Origin: a virus
Lineage: Duplodnaviria > Caudoviricetes
DNA length: 37,916 nucleotides
IMG/VR virus record: IMGVR_UViG_3300020161_000179
Coordinates: 1 to 37,916 of that record
Reading direction: 5' to 3' (one strand)
A program made the translations under genes and the position numbers. The notes beneath the pieces are model-generated. The model saw nothing but the letters and a program-made list of their open reading frames with translations, ran no database searches and was not told the DNA's origin. Below, piece after piece: positions 8,387 to 17,674 of the stretch (its first letter is position 1; each line of letters opens with the position of its first letter).

Positions 8387-9030
8387 GAAGCAGTTGGGAA
8401 GAAACGGTAGCGAGTAGCAATTATCATTTCAACCCTAGAATAGTAGAAGATGCTTGGCATATGTTCAAGTATCACGGTAGGCTTACCAACAGTTGGGAAG
8501 ATGATCTACCCGCTATAATTGAGAATAGCAGACCAGCGACATGGGAAACTCGCGGATATAAGGGTGAAGGTATTTCGGGGCCAAGTGAAGATTTGGTGGC
8601 CGAAGAGTATGACATTGCACGGGTAGGGGCAGATCCAAAGATGATTATCACGCATCTGAATTGGAACATACCTGAAAGTCTACACAATATTACTGAGCAG
8701 TTTGGCTTAGCCGATTGCATGGAACGTATTCATGTGCAATGGCCCGGGCAAGTATGGAACCGTCACATTGATAAATTACAGAAGTGGAATCCTGAGGATC
8801 CTAATAAAGTAATGCGTATAATAATCCAGCTTACTGATTGGAAACCGGGGCAATTTTGGGAGTATGGAAATCATCATTGGAATCAGTGGAGAGCCGGCGA
8901 TATTACTAGCTTCGACTGGGCTAATATTCCACACTGCACTGCAAACGCCGGCCATCACCCAAGAGTCACATTCCAACTTACTGGAATTATAACTGAAAAA
9001 ACAGAACAGTTTCTTAATCCATTAAGATAA
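8383..9030 (+). CDS. Fe(II)/2OG cupin dioxygenase (Asp/Asn beta-hydroxylase-like)
   Basis: HID ... PHCTANAG..PRVTFQLTG (HxD...H...R); GTG start overlaps the upstream stop. Confidence 0.75.
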   Translation: MRSSWEETVASSNYHFNPRIVEDAWHMFKYHGRLTNSWEDDLPAIIENSRPATWETRGYKGEGISGPSEDLVAEEYDIARVGADPKMIITHLNWNIPESLHNITEQFGLADCMERIHVQWPGQVWNRHIDKLQKWNPEDPNKVMRIIIQLTDWKPGQFWEYGNHHWNQWRAGDITSFDWANIPHCTANAGHHPRVTFQLTGIITEKTEQFLNPLR

Positions 9031-9033
9031 ATA
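9026..9033 (+). promoter_or_regulatory. T4-type late promoter box
   Basis: GATAAATA 5 nt upstream of ATG 9039; no SD. Confidence 0.6.
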
Positions 9034-9038
9034 TAGTA

Positions 9039-9746
9039 ATGCGAGCCAATGAATTCATAACAGAACGTAAAAAGAAACGCAAGAGTAAAAAGTCGTTGCG
9101 TGGGTATTTTTTCCCCGGATTCTCCTACTATGGATCCGGAGGAAATGATTCGTCCGGTGAGGGCGGAGATGGCGGCGGAGAAAGCATGTACGAATCTGCT
9201 ATATCCGAGTTAGTTAAAGAACTACCTTCGTTGGCTAAACACGACTACACTACCATTGATCAATTAATGCGTAAGGTTGCACAAAAGCATAAAATCACCA
9301 ATCAAGCATTAGAAAAGCTTTTTAGGAATAAATTTAAAAAGACTCCCCATCATTGGGTAGATGGAAAACTTGATGAGAGTGATAATGTTGAATGCAATCT
9401 TGACTCAGAAGTAGAAAAATTCGTAGCTTGGACTGCTAAGAAACTTAATCTTAATACGGTTCCTAAGGTAGAACTAAGTATGGATTCTGACGAAGCACAA
9501 AATAACCATCATACCGGTGGACATATTCCCGGAGACGATAATGTTTGGGTATACGCAAAAAATCGCAATTTAGTAGATATCCTTAGAACAGTATTCCACG
9601 AACTAGTTCATGTCCGTCAACATGAATTAGGTATGATTAAACCTGGTGATAGCTATCCTGGCTCACCCATCGAAGTTATGGCAGATGCCTTAGCCGGTAA
9701 ATACATCAAGATTTACGGCGAAAAAAACCACCACATCTTTCAATAA
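9039..9746 (+). CDS. Putative virion internal protein with a zincin metallopeptidase domain
   Basis: N-terminus MRANEFITE; HELVH (HExxH) plus a downstream Glu (IEVMA). Confidence 0.65.
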   Translation: MRANEFITERKKKRKSKKSLRGYFFPGFSYYGSGGNDSSGEGGDGGGESMYESAISELVKELPSLAKHDYTTIDQLMRKVAQKHKITNQALEKLFRNKFKKTPHHWVDGKLDESDNVECNLDSEVEKFVAWTAKKLNLNTVPKVELSMDSDEAQNNHHTGGHIPGDDNVWVYAKNRNLVDILRTVFHELVHVRQHELGMIKPGDSYPGSPIEVMADALAGKYIKIYGEKNHHIFQ

Positions 9747-9760
9747 GGTTACCAATATAG

Positions 9761-9788
9761 TTGAATTTTCTGCGTAGTCTGTTATACT
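9761..9788 (+). promoter_or_regulatory. sigma70-type promoter (extended -10)
   Basis: TTGAAT-16bp-TATACT with TGn, followed by SD AAGGAG. Confidence 0.55.
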
Positions 9789-9810
9789 AACTAGACTATA
9801 AGGAGAAAAC

Positions 9811-10068
9811 ATGTCACGTACATTTAACGCAGAAGCTAAGGTCAAGTTGACTCAGTTGATTAATGAGGGTATCTCGGTTATTCAAGAAATCGAAACTCTT
9901 AATGAAGGTCTTAACGACACTGTTAAGGCAATTGCAGAAGAACTGGAAGTTAAGCCTTCCGTTCTCAAGAAAGCAATCAAGATCGCTCATAAGCAACGGC
10001 TTAATGAGACAAACGAAGAAAACGAAGAACTCAACAACATCCTGGAGACCGTTGGTCGGACTAGTTAA
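9811..10068 (+). CDS. dsDNA-binding protein, T4 DsbA / GapR-like
   Basis: 85-aa helical protein, EIETLNEGLNDTVKAIAEELEVKPSVLKKAIKI; strong SD; directly upstream of the polymerase. Confidence 0.65.
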   Translation: MSRTFNAEAKVKLTQLINEGISVIQEIETLNEGLNDTVKAIAEELEVKPSVLKKAIKIAHKQRLNETNEENEELNNILETVGRTS

Positions 10069-12776
10069 TGTCATATATTGATGCTGTCTTAGATTCCAAC
10101 GCAGATAAAATCTACGTAGTAGAGCGTACTCCTGAGGGTAAACGAGAGTATAAAGAATTTCCTACTAACTATGTTCTTTATTACGAAGACCTTAAAGGAA
10201 AGCATCGCTCTATCTACGGAGATTCCGTGTCTCGTTTCTCTACTCGTAAAAAAGCCGAGTTTGAGAAGGAGCGTAGGATTCATAGGGGCAAGAAGCTATT
10301 TGAAAGCGATGTTAATGTAGTATTCAGATGCCTATCTGATAACTATCTTAGGACCGAACCTCCCAAATTACACACTTGCTTCTTCGATATTGAAGTTGAC
10401 TTTGACCCAGAAAAAGGTTATAGCCCGACTAGTGATCCGTTCAATTCAGTAACCGCAATCACTTGCTATTTGGATTGGCTTGACCAGCTTGTCACTCTCG
10501 TAATTCCCCCGAAGCATATGAGTGATGAGACTGCACAGGACTTAATTAGTGAATTCCCAAACACTTTTTTGTTCCGCAGCGAAATCGAAATGTTCGAAAC
10601 GTTCTTTGATCTCATCGAAGACGCAGATGTTCTTACTGGTTGGAACTCAGAAGGATACGATATTCCCTATTGCGTGAATCGTGTTAAACGGATCATGACT
10701 AAGGATGATACTCGTAGGTTCTGTCTGCTTGGACAGCTTCCAAAGCCTCGCACGTATGAGCGTTTCGGTAAGGAAGAACAGACTTACGATCTTATCGGTC
10801 GTATTCATATGGACTATCTGCAACTTTATAAGAAGTATAACTACGAATCACGCCACAGTTATTCACTTGACGCAATCGGTGAGTATGAATTGGGTGAGCG
10901 TAAGACTGCTTATGAGGGAAGTCTTGATCAGTTGTACAACAAGGACTTTAAGACGTTCGTACAATACAACCGACAAGATACAATGTTGGTGTTCAAAATT
11001 CACGACAAGCTCAAGTTCCTTGAACTAGCAAATGCGCTAGCTCATGAGAACACTGTACTGCTACCAACAGTTATGGGATCGGTGGCAATGATTGAAATGG
11101 CAATTTATAATGAATCACATGAACGAGGATTCATCGTTCCTGACAAAAAGCGTAAGGATGTATACGGTGATGAACAACAAGCAGCCGGTGCTTACGTTGC
11201 TGTCCCGAAGAAAGGGATTCACGAATGGGTCGGAGCAGTTGATATCAACTCACTATACCCCTCAGCAATTAGAGCCCTTAACATGGCCCCAGAAACAATC
11301 GTCGGACAAGTCAGACAAACACTCACTGACCAGTACATGCACGAAAAAAGCATCGCCCTCGCTAAACAAAAGCGTAAGAAAAAGAATGGTGACGATGCTG
11401 ACGGGGTTACTGGAGCGGTTCTTTGGGAAAATCTTTTCGGGTCTCTAGAATATACTGCTATTATGAATCAGGAGCGTGGAACAACTCTTACTATCGACTA
11501 CGAAGATGGTCGTAGTGTAGAAATGTCTGCTGCTGAAATTTGGAAGATGATTTATGATAATCATCGCCCTTGGATTCTTTCGGCTAACGGTACGATCTTC
11601 ACTTATGAGCAAGAAGGAATCATTCCGGGGCTATTGTCTAGGTGGTATTCAGAGCGTAAAGAAACTCAAAAGCTAGCCAGAGAAGCATATGGTACTGACA
11701 AGTTTGATTATTACGATAAGCGCCAGCTAGTTCGTAAGATTTTGCTAAACTCAGCATATGGAGCACTGTTGAACGAACACTGCCGTTTCTATGATAAGCG
11801 AATCGGTCAGTCAGTTACACTATCCGGGCGCCAGATTGTTAAGCATATGATGAGCCAAATCAATGAAACGATTACAGAAACGTATCAGCATGATGGGGAT
11901 GCGATTGTGTATGGTGATACTGACTCTTGCTATTTCACTGCGTTCCCGCTGCTACAAGATCAAATCACATCCGGTGAACTTGAATGGACAAAGGAAGCCT
12001 GTATTGATTTGTATGATCAAATTGCAGAGTTGACTAACGTTAGCTTCCCTTCGTTTATGGAGAAAGCATTTCATTGCCCTCGTAAGAACGGTGAAGTGAT
12101 TAAAGCTGGCCGTGAACTTATCGGTGATCGTACTCTCTTTATAACGAAGAAGCGTTATGCTATTAACATCTTTGACTTAGAAGGTAAACGTCAAGATAAG
12201 GATGGCAAGACTGGCAAGATTAAGGCTATGGGTCTCGATCTTAAGAGAGCGGATACTCCCAAATATGTTCAGGAGTTTCTAATGGAAGTTCTTGAGTCTG
12301 TTCTTGCTGGTAAGCCGCGTGAGGATATCATCGCAAGGATTCGTGACTTCAAGAAGTGGCTTTCTGAGCAAGATAGTTGGACTAAGGGTTCTCCGAAGTC
12401 TGTCAACAATCTGACTAACCATACTGTCAAGTTTGAGAAGACTGGTAAATGTGCGGTCGGACACGCAAGAGCAGCCATTAACTACAACTATTTACGAAAA
12501 ATGAATGGTGACCAATACAGTCAAAAGATTGTTGATGGTATGAAGGTCATTGTTTGTTCACTGAAGGACAACCCTCTCGGATTAACTAATGTTGCGTATC
12601 CCACAGATGAACTTAGACTTCCGCAATGGTTCCTTGATCTTCCGTTTGATGATCTAGACATGGAACGTAAGCTAGTCGATGAGAAGATTGACAATCTCTT
12701 AGGTGTCCTTAAATGGGACATTAGAAGTGATACCAACACGAACAGTATGTTTGATGAATTATTCAGTTTCGGTTAA
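10068..12776 (+). CDS. Family B DNA polymerase (gp43-like)
   Basis: Exo I FFDIE, Exo II GWNSEGYD, Exo III YNRQD; polymerase motifs DINSLYPS, KILLNSAYG, YGDTDS, KKRY. Confidence 0.97.
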   Translation: MSYIDAVLDSNADKIYVVERTPEGKREYKEFPTNYVLYYEDLKGKHRSIYGDSVSRFSTRKKAEFEKERRIHRGKKLFESDVNVVFRCLSDNYLRTEPPKLHTCFFDIEVDFDPEKGYSPTSDPFNSVTAITCYLDWLDQLVTLVIPPKHMSDETAQDLISEFPNTFLFRSEIEMFETFFDLIEDADVLTGWNSEGYDIPYCVNRVKRIMTKDDTRRFCLLGQLPKPRTYERFGKEEQTYDLIGRIHMDYLQLYKKYNYESRHSYSLDAIGEYELGERKTAYEGSLDQLYNKDFKTFVQYNRQDTMLVFKIHDKLKFLELANALAHENTVLLPTVMGSVAMIEMAIYNESHERGFIVPDKKRKDVYGDEQQAAGAYVAVPKKGIHEWVGAVDINSLYPSAIRALNMAPETIVGQVRQTLTDQYMHEKSIALAKQKRKKKNGDDADGVTGAVLWENLFGSLEYTAIMNQERGTTLTIDYEDGRSVEMSAAEIWKMIYDNHRPWILSANGTIFTYEQEGIIPGLLSRWYSERKETQKLAREAYGTDKFDYYDKRQLVRKILLNSAYGALLNEHCRFYDKRIGQSVTLSGRQIVKHMMSQINETITETYQHDGDAIVYGDTDSCYFTAFPLLQDQITSGELEWTKEACIDLYDQIAELTNVSFPSFMEKAFHCPRKNGEVIKAGRELIGDRTLFITKKRYAINIFDLEGKRQDKDGKTGKIKAMGLDLKRADTPKYVQEFLMEVLESVLAGKPREDIIARIRDFKKWLSEQDSWTKGSPKSVNNLTNHTVKFEKTGKCAVGHARAAINYNYLRKMNGDQYSQKIVDGMKVIVCSLKDNPLGLTNVAYPTDELRLPQWFLDLPFDDLDMERKLVDEKIDNLLGVLKWDIRSDTNTNSMFDELFSFG

Positions 12777-12784
12777 ACAAACCA

Positions 12785-12813
12785 TTGACAAAAGTAAAAT
12801 ATTCCACTATAAT
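12785..12813 (+). promoter_or_regulatory. Consensus sigma70 promoter
   Basis: TTGACA-17bp-TATAAT. Confidence 0.85.
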
Positions 12814-12851
12814 AAACATAATACAAACCTAAATATGATAAAGGAAACACA

Positions 12852-13586
12852 ATGAAAGACTATTTGCTTGATTTAATCCAGCACACTCAGGGTTTGGGTG
12901 TGGTTGACCTCGTAAAGATTGACGGTACTGATGCTGAAACTAAGGTTTCTGCGTATGCTGATGATCGTTCAGTTGTCGTAACTGGCATTCTTAACGCTCC
13001 TATTGCTGAATTCAAGGGCGTCTTTGGTATGCCTAACTTGACTAAGCTTAAGACCATTCTTAGCTTTGATGACTTGTACGATGACAACGCTATCATCAAC
13101 GTTGCTACTAAGGATGATGGCGGAACTCAGATTCCGTCTGCTATTCACTTTGAAACTGCAACAGGCGATTTCGTTAACGACTATCGCTTAATGGCAAAGA
13201 ATATTGTTGAAGATAAGGTTAAGTCTGTTTCGTTCCGCGGTACTAATTGGGATGTTCAGTTTGCTCCAACAGTTGATGGCATTCAGCGTCTTAAGAAGCA
13301 GGCTTCGGCTAACAGTGAAGAACTTACTTTCACTACTAAAACTGACAACGGTGATCTTAAGATTTTCTTTGGTGATCCTTCGACTCACTCTGGTAACTTT
13401 GTCTTCCAGCCGGGCGTCGGCGGCACATTGTCCAAGCCTTGGAACTGGCCTGTTAAGGTCTTCCTTGCAATCATGGATCTCCCTGGTGAGAAGACTGTTC
13501 GCTTTGCTGACGCAGGCGCAGCCGAAATCGTTGTTGACAGCGGTTTTGCCACCTGGACTTACTTGTTGCCCGCACAGGCTAAGTAA
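12852..13586 (+). CDS. Sliding clamp (gp45/PCNA-like)
   Basis: 244 aa, two-domain beta-rich pattern, FGMPNLTKLKTIL, C-terminal TYLLPA, adjacent to the polymerase. Confidence 0.7.
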   Translation: MKDYLLDLIQHTQGLGVVDLVKIDGTDAETKVSAYADDRSVVVTGILNAPIAEFKGVFGMPNLTKLKTILSFDDLYDDNAIINVATKDDGGTQIPSAIHFETATGDFVNDYRLMAKNIVEDKVKSVSFRGTNWDVQFAPTVDGIQRLKKQASANSEELTFTTKTDNGDLKIFFGDPSTHSGNFVFQPGVGGTLSKPWNWPVKVFLAIMDLPGEKTVRFADAGAAEIVVDSGFATWTYLLPAQAK

Positions 13587-13942
13587 TGTTGCGGACGGTC
13601 AGCGGAGCTGGTAGATATGTGATGGTCAACGGCGGAATGCCTGCACACACATATATCAACTCTAGTTCAGGTTATATGAATGTTGGAGATGTTAGATTTA
13701 ACACCCAAATGCAGCGACTTGAAGCGTATGACGGAAATATATGGATTGAAATCAGCACTAGCCATGCTAGTGTTGGTTTAACTCCCGATGCTGAAATGGC
13801 TCTTGATTGGGCCATCAAGAAGAAGCATGAAGAATTAGAACTTGATATACTAGCTGAATCTAATTCGACTATTGCTGACCTAGTTGAGCAGAAGAAAGCT
13901 CTTGACCATAAGATCAAGATGATTCAAACGTTAGTAAAATAG
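13586..13942 (+). CDS. Hypothetical protein
   Basis: TAATG coupling to the clamp gene; C-terminal coiled coil. Confidence 0.7.
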   Translation: MLRTVSGAGRYVMVNGGMPAHTYINSSSGYMNVGDVRFNTQMQRLEAYDGNIWIEISTSHASVGLTPDAEMALDWAIKKKHEELELDILAESNSTIADLVEQKKALDHKIKMIQTLVK

Positions 13943-13951
13943 GACTTAGAA

Positions 13952-14614
13952 TTGGATAACACAGAAGAATCTTATGTTGTATCATTTATGCATGGTACTT
14001 CTGGTTCGTTCATTTCAACCATAGTATGGCGAATTATTAATGAACAGGATGAAGGAGTTTTACTTACTCAAAAAAACTCTGCACATCTAGAAAGTCCTTG
14101 GGAACAATCATGGCATCATCCAGAATACGGGGACTGCAATACACCAAACTTATTCACTGGACTTAGCTTTGATAAAATTGGGCTAGTTAAGACCCATGTA
14201 TATCCGGACTATGATCAGTTGCGCTCTGCCCTACCAAACACTAAACTAGTATTAATCATCATGGATGATGCTGATATACTGGAAGTGGCGTGGAATTGCA
14301 TTAAGAAAAGTGATGACGAAAACGAATCTGTCACTGTAGAAGAAGTGCAGCGCAACCTCACTTACCTATACGAACACCGACTGGGCCCTGCTGAATATGA
14401 ATACTTTTGGAAGTTTTGTGACCCTAGTATTGTCCCAGAAGACTTGAAAAGCCGGGTGTTATTGATTAAGTATAGAGATATCTACAAAGAACAAGGTGAT
14501 TCATTTACTGCATTAGAGCAGATTAAAACATTCACCGGGCGAGAAGCTAGTCTAGCGGTACTTGACAGCTATAGAACATACGTAAATAATCGGAACAAGT
14601 TATGGAACAAATAA
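13952..14614 (+). CDS. Sulfotransferase-like P-loop protein
   Basis: VVSFMHGTSGSFIS loop, VKTH, IKYRDI; overlaps the dpdA start. Confidence 0.5.
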   Translation: MDNTEESYVVSFMHGTSGSFISTIVWRIINEQDEGVLLTQKNSAHLESPWEQSWHHPEYGDCNTPNLFTGLSFDKIGLVKTHVYPDYDQLRSALPNTKLVLIIMDDADILEVAWNCIKKSDDENESVTVEEVQRNLTYLYEHRLGPAEYEYFWKFCDPSIVPEDLKSRVLLIKYRDIYKEQGDSFTALEQIKTFTGREASLAVLDSYRTYVNNRNKLWNK

Positions 14615-16167
14615 ATCTCTCAGCATCGCACAACCCAGATTGGGCGTTGTTTTTGCCAGCAGTCTCGTCTTTCTTCATCGCCGGCTTAGGTAAGCAGCGT
14701 GAAGGTGAACAATATTTTGACCCGGCAAGAATCCCTGCTGCATTCAACGGTGATGTTGAGAAGCTAAACTTTCTTAACGAGAAGGAAGGGTTGTATACTT
14801 ACAAGTGGGGTCTGTATTCTGCTGGTCACGCAAACTTAGACATTACGAAGAATGATCATAATGAATCGATCATTCGTAAACGTGATCGCCAGAATACGTT
14901 TATGTTAGGTGACTCTGGTGGATTCCAGATTCTCAAGTGTCAGTGGCCTGCTGATTGGAAGGACCCTAACTGTCCCCGTGCTATGAAGAAGCGTCAACAA
15001 GTTCTTACTTGGATGGATGAATACATGGACTATGGCATGTGCCTTGATATTCCATCACAGTCATTGACAACTTATCATATTCTTGATAAGAAGACCGGCA
15101 AGTCAGCACATGGTATTAGTACGATTGAAGAAGCAATTACTGCTACTCATATTAATAATGAATATTTCGTTGCTAACCGTGATGGTCGATGTAAGTTTCT
15201 AAACGTATTGCAGGGTCGTAATCATGGTCAATCAGATGCATGGTACGAAGAAATGAAGAAGTATTGCGATACTAATGTGTATGGTGATAAGGCATTTAAC
15301 GGTTGGGCATTCGGTGGTCAAAATAAGATTGACATTCACTTGATGCTTAAGCGTCTTGTGGGTATCATTCACGATGGCTTCTTGGAAGAAGGCAAGCATG
15401 ACCTTATTCACTGTCTTGGTACTTCTATCATGGAGTACGCTGTTCTCTTTACTGACATTCAGAGAGCTATTCGTAAGCACCATAATCCTAAGCTACAGAT
15501 TACTTTTGACTGTGCTAGCCCGTTCTTTGCTGCTGCTAAGGGTCTTGCGTATAACAATAATACGTTTGAGCATAACACTAAGTGGACTTATGCAATGGAA
15601 AAGACTGCTGAAAACAAGAGCTATGCCAATGACAATCGTAAGTTTAGTGACGGTGTACTGGCTGACAATATTCATAAAGTCTTCACTGACAGTCCAGTGA
15701 CTGATATGATGTTAATGAAGGACCTTTGCTATCGTGGTCAGGGTTTCTTGGGACAGCATGGCAAAGAAACTAAGACATCTTGGGATACCCTGTCGTATAC
15801 TCTTTTGCAAGCACACAATGTCTATCAGCATATGTCTGCTGTGCAGGAAGCTAATCGTCGCTATGAGCAGGGTATAAAGCCAAAGATGGTAATGGATCCT
15901 CTCGGTAATCTTAACTTCTCGGACATTGTTGATGAGATTTTTTCACTGAAGGATCGTCAACAAAGTCTAGAGCTAATTGAACAATACAGTAAGTTTTGGA
16001 TGCAAATGAAGGCTGGGCAAGGCTTCTCTGGTAAAAAAACTATCAATGCTCATACTATGTTTGACCAGCTTTTCAGCATGGATGAAACAGTAAACGACGA
16101 TCCCGAAGTTGATGATATCATTGAAGACGGCGATGATCTAATAACGGAACTTCTAATTCTTAATTAA
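14602..16167 (+). CDS. dpdA: DNA-guanine transglycosylase (DpdA, TGT fold)
   Basis: TGT motifs GDSGGFQ, CLDIP, VLQG, WAFGG, HCLG, TFDCASP, HN. Lacks the tRNA-TGT CxCxxC zinc motif. Clustered with folE/queD/queE. Confidence 0.85.
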   Translation: MEQINLSASHNPDWALFLPAVSSFFIAGLGKQREGEQYFDPARIPAAFNGDVEKLNFLNEKEGLYTYKWGLYSAGHANLDITKNDHNESIIRKRDRQNTFMLGDSGGFQILKCQWPADWKDPNCPRAMKKRQQVLTWMDEYMDYGMCLDIPSQSLTTYHILDKKTGKSAHGISTIEEAITATHINNEYFVANRDGRCKFLNVLQGRNHGQSDAWYEEMKKYCDTNVYGDKAFNGWAFGGQNKIDIHLMLKRLVGIIHDGFLEEGKHDLIHCLGTSIMEYAVLFTDIQRAIRKHHNPKLQITFDCASPFFAAAKGLAYNNNTFEHNTKWTYAMEKTAENKSYANDNRKFSDGVLADNIHKVFTDSPVTDMMLMKDLCYRGQGFLGQHGKETKTSWDTLSYTLLQAHNVYQHMSAVQEANRRYEQGIKPKMVMDPLGNLNFSDIVDEIFSLKDRQQSLELIEQYSKFWMQMKAGQGFSGKKTINAHTMFDQLFSMDETVNDDPEVDDIIEDGDDLITELLILN

Positions 16168-16176
16168 CCAAAACAA

Positions 16177-16205
16177 TTGTATTCCGTGCAATATAGTGTT
16201 ATAGT
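16177..16205 (+). promoter_or_regulatory. sigma70-type promoter (extended -10)
   Basis: TTGTAT-17bp-TATAGT with TGn; 9 nt before ATG 16215. Confidence 0.6.
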
Positions 16206-16214
16206 GAGAACATA

Positions 16215-16676
16215 ATGACATCAGAAATAAACATCTTACAAGCTCAGGCTGATAAACGTGAACGAATCAAAGACGTTGCAAAACGTATGATTTGGGTTAC
16301 GTTTCAGCGTGAGGGCATTCACAAATATCCCGGTGCAGACACCGATCCAAAATTGGCAACTAGCGACGAATATGACGTTAGTTTCCTAGGTTTCCCGCAT
16401 CGTCACATCTTTCATTTTACAGTGGCGATTCAGGTAACTCACAATGACCGTGACATTGAGTTTATTCAGTTCAAACGATGGCTTGAAAATAGTTTCAAGT
16501 CTGGAGTGATGCAACTTGATCACAAGTCTTGTGAAATGATTTGCGATGATCTATATGAGTTTATCGCAAGTCGCTATCCCAATCGTGACATTGAAATCAC
16601 TGTATCAGAAGATGGTGAGAACGGTGCTACGATTTATTACAACACAACTAAACCTTATCAATTACTCACCATTTAA
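16215..16676 (+). CDS. dpdL: QueD-like T-fold protein, probable 7-carboxy-7-deazaguanine decarboxylase (DpdL-like)
   Basis: LGFPHRHIF (LxxxHRHxF) replaces QueD CxxxHGH; also SCEMI and VSEDGENGA. A canonical queD exists separately at 22266. Confidence 0.7.
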   Translation: MTSEINILQAQADKRERIKDVAKRMIWVTFQREGIHKYPGADTDPKLATSDEYDVSFLGFPHRHIFHFTVAIQVTHNDRDIEFIQFKRWLENSFKSGVMQLDHKSCEMICDDLYEFIASRYPNRDIEITVSEDGENGATIYYNTTKPYQLLTI

Positions 16677-16685
16677 GGATTAAAA

Positions 16686-16913
16686 ATGGCAAAGAATACT
16701 ATCAAGTCGAATGTCCGCGTCAACATGATTTTTGATGAATTGGACAAGTACCGCATCTTCTGCCGCGATCATGGTTATCGCTTTGATGAAGCAGACCTTT
16801 ATAACGGTAGGAGCTATGTTTACCGACAGTTCCAAAAGTTCATTTCAGGTAAGCCAGTAAAGAATCAATGGGAAGTTGATTTGTCTCGACTCAAAGATCA
16901 GGGTCGTGCCTAA
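16686..16913 (+). CDS. Hypothetical protein
   Basis: SD AAGGA, 75 aa, within the operon. Confidence 0.7.
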   Translation: MAKNTIKSNVRVNMIFDELDKYRIFCRDHGYRFDEADLYNGRSYVYRQFQKFISGKPVKNQWEVDLSRLKDQGRA

Positions 16914-17673
16914 AACGGTTGTCATCGTTACGGGCGGGTTCGATCCGCTGCATAGTGGACATTTAAGTTATATTAAAGCCGCCCGTGAACTTGGCGATAT
17001 TCTTATTGTAGGCGTAAACAGTGATGAGTGGCTGGCCCGTAAAAAGGGCCGGTCATTCATGCCTTTCGAAGATCGGCTTGCAATCATCGATGCATTGCAG
17101 TATGCAGATTACGCTATTCCGTTTGATGACAGAGACGGAAGTGCTAAAGACGCTATAGCTTGGGCTCGTAGAGTATACCCCGAGTACAAGATTATTTTTG
17201 CGAACGGCGGTGATCGCACCCCAAATAATATTCCAGAAATGGACATGCAAGATGATAATCTTGAATTTGTGTTCGGAGTCGGAGGAGAAGATAAAGCTAA
17301 CAGTTCTAGTTGGATTCTTGAAGAATGGAAAGCTCCTAAAACAGAACGTCAATGGGGTTATTATCGCATACTTCATGAGAACGGAAAAGAAGTTAAGGTT
17401 AAAGAACTTACAGTTGAGCCTAAACAATCTTTAAGTATGCAACGACATAATGATCGTTTGGAACTATGGTTTGTTGCAGAAGGCACAGCAACAGTGTATA
17501 CTATCAATAGTAGTTCAGATGAAGAACTAGATGGTGTGTATAATAAATTTAGAAGTATTAATATTGCTGCCAATCAATGGCATCGATTAGCTAACGAAAC
17601 AGATAAGCCGTTAAAGATTATTGAAATACAATACGGCGAAGAATGTATTGAAGAAGATATAGAAAGAAAATAA
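16906..17673 (+). CDS. Cytidylyltransferase fused to a mannose-6-phosphate-isomerase-type cupin
   Basis: TGGFDPLHSGH (HxGH), GVNSD, ANGGDR, SSS; C-terminal ERQWGYY...SLSMQRH...WHRLAN...IEIQYG. GTG start at 16906. Confidence 0.88.
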   Translation: MPKTVVIVTGGFDPLHSGHLSYIKAARELGDILIVGVNSDEWLARKKGRSFMPFEDRLAIIDALQYADYAIPFDDRDGSAKDAIAWARRVYPEYKIIFANGGDRTPNNIPEMDMQDDNLEFVFGVGGEDKANSSSWILEEWKAPKTERQWGYYRILHENGKEVKVKELTVEPKQSLSMQRHNDRLELWFVAEGTATVYTINSSSDEELDGVYNKFRSINIAANQWHRLANETDKPLKIIEIQYGEECIEEDIERK

Positions 17674-17674
17674 T

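Noticed and set aside
11300-11700. Intein or intron in the polymerase between motifs A and B
   Set aside because: The frame is continuous, with no intein C/S...HN termini and no homing endonuclease motifs.
14602-16167. tRNA-guanine transglycosylase (tgt) for queuosine
   Set aside because: No zinc-binding CxCxxC motif, no queA/queF seen, located in the replication module and carrying a polymerase-like tail. DpdA fits better.
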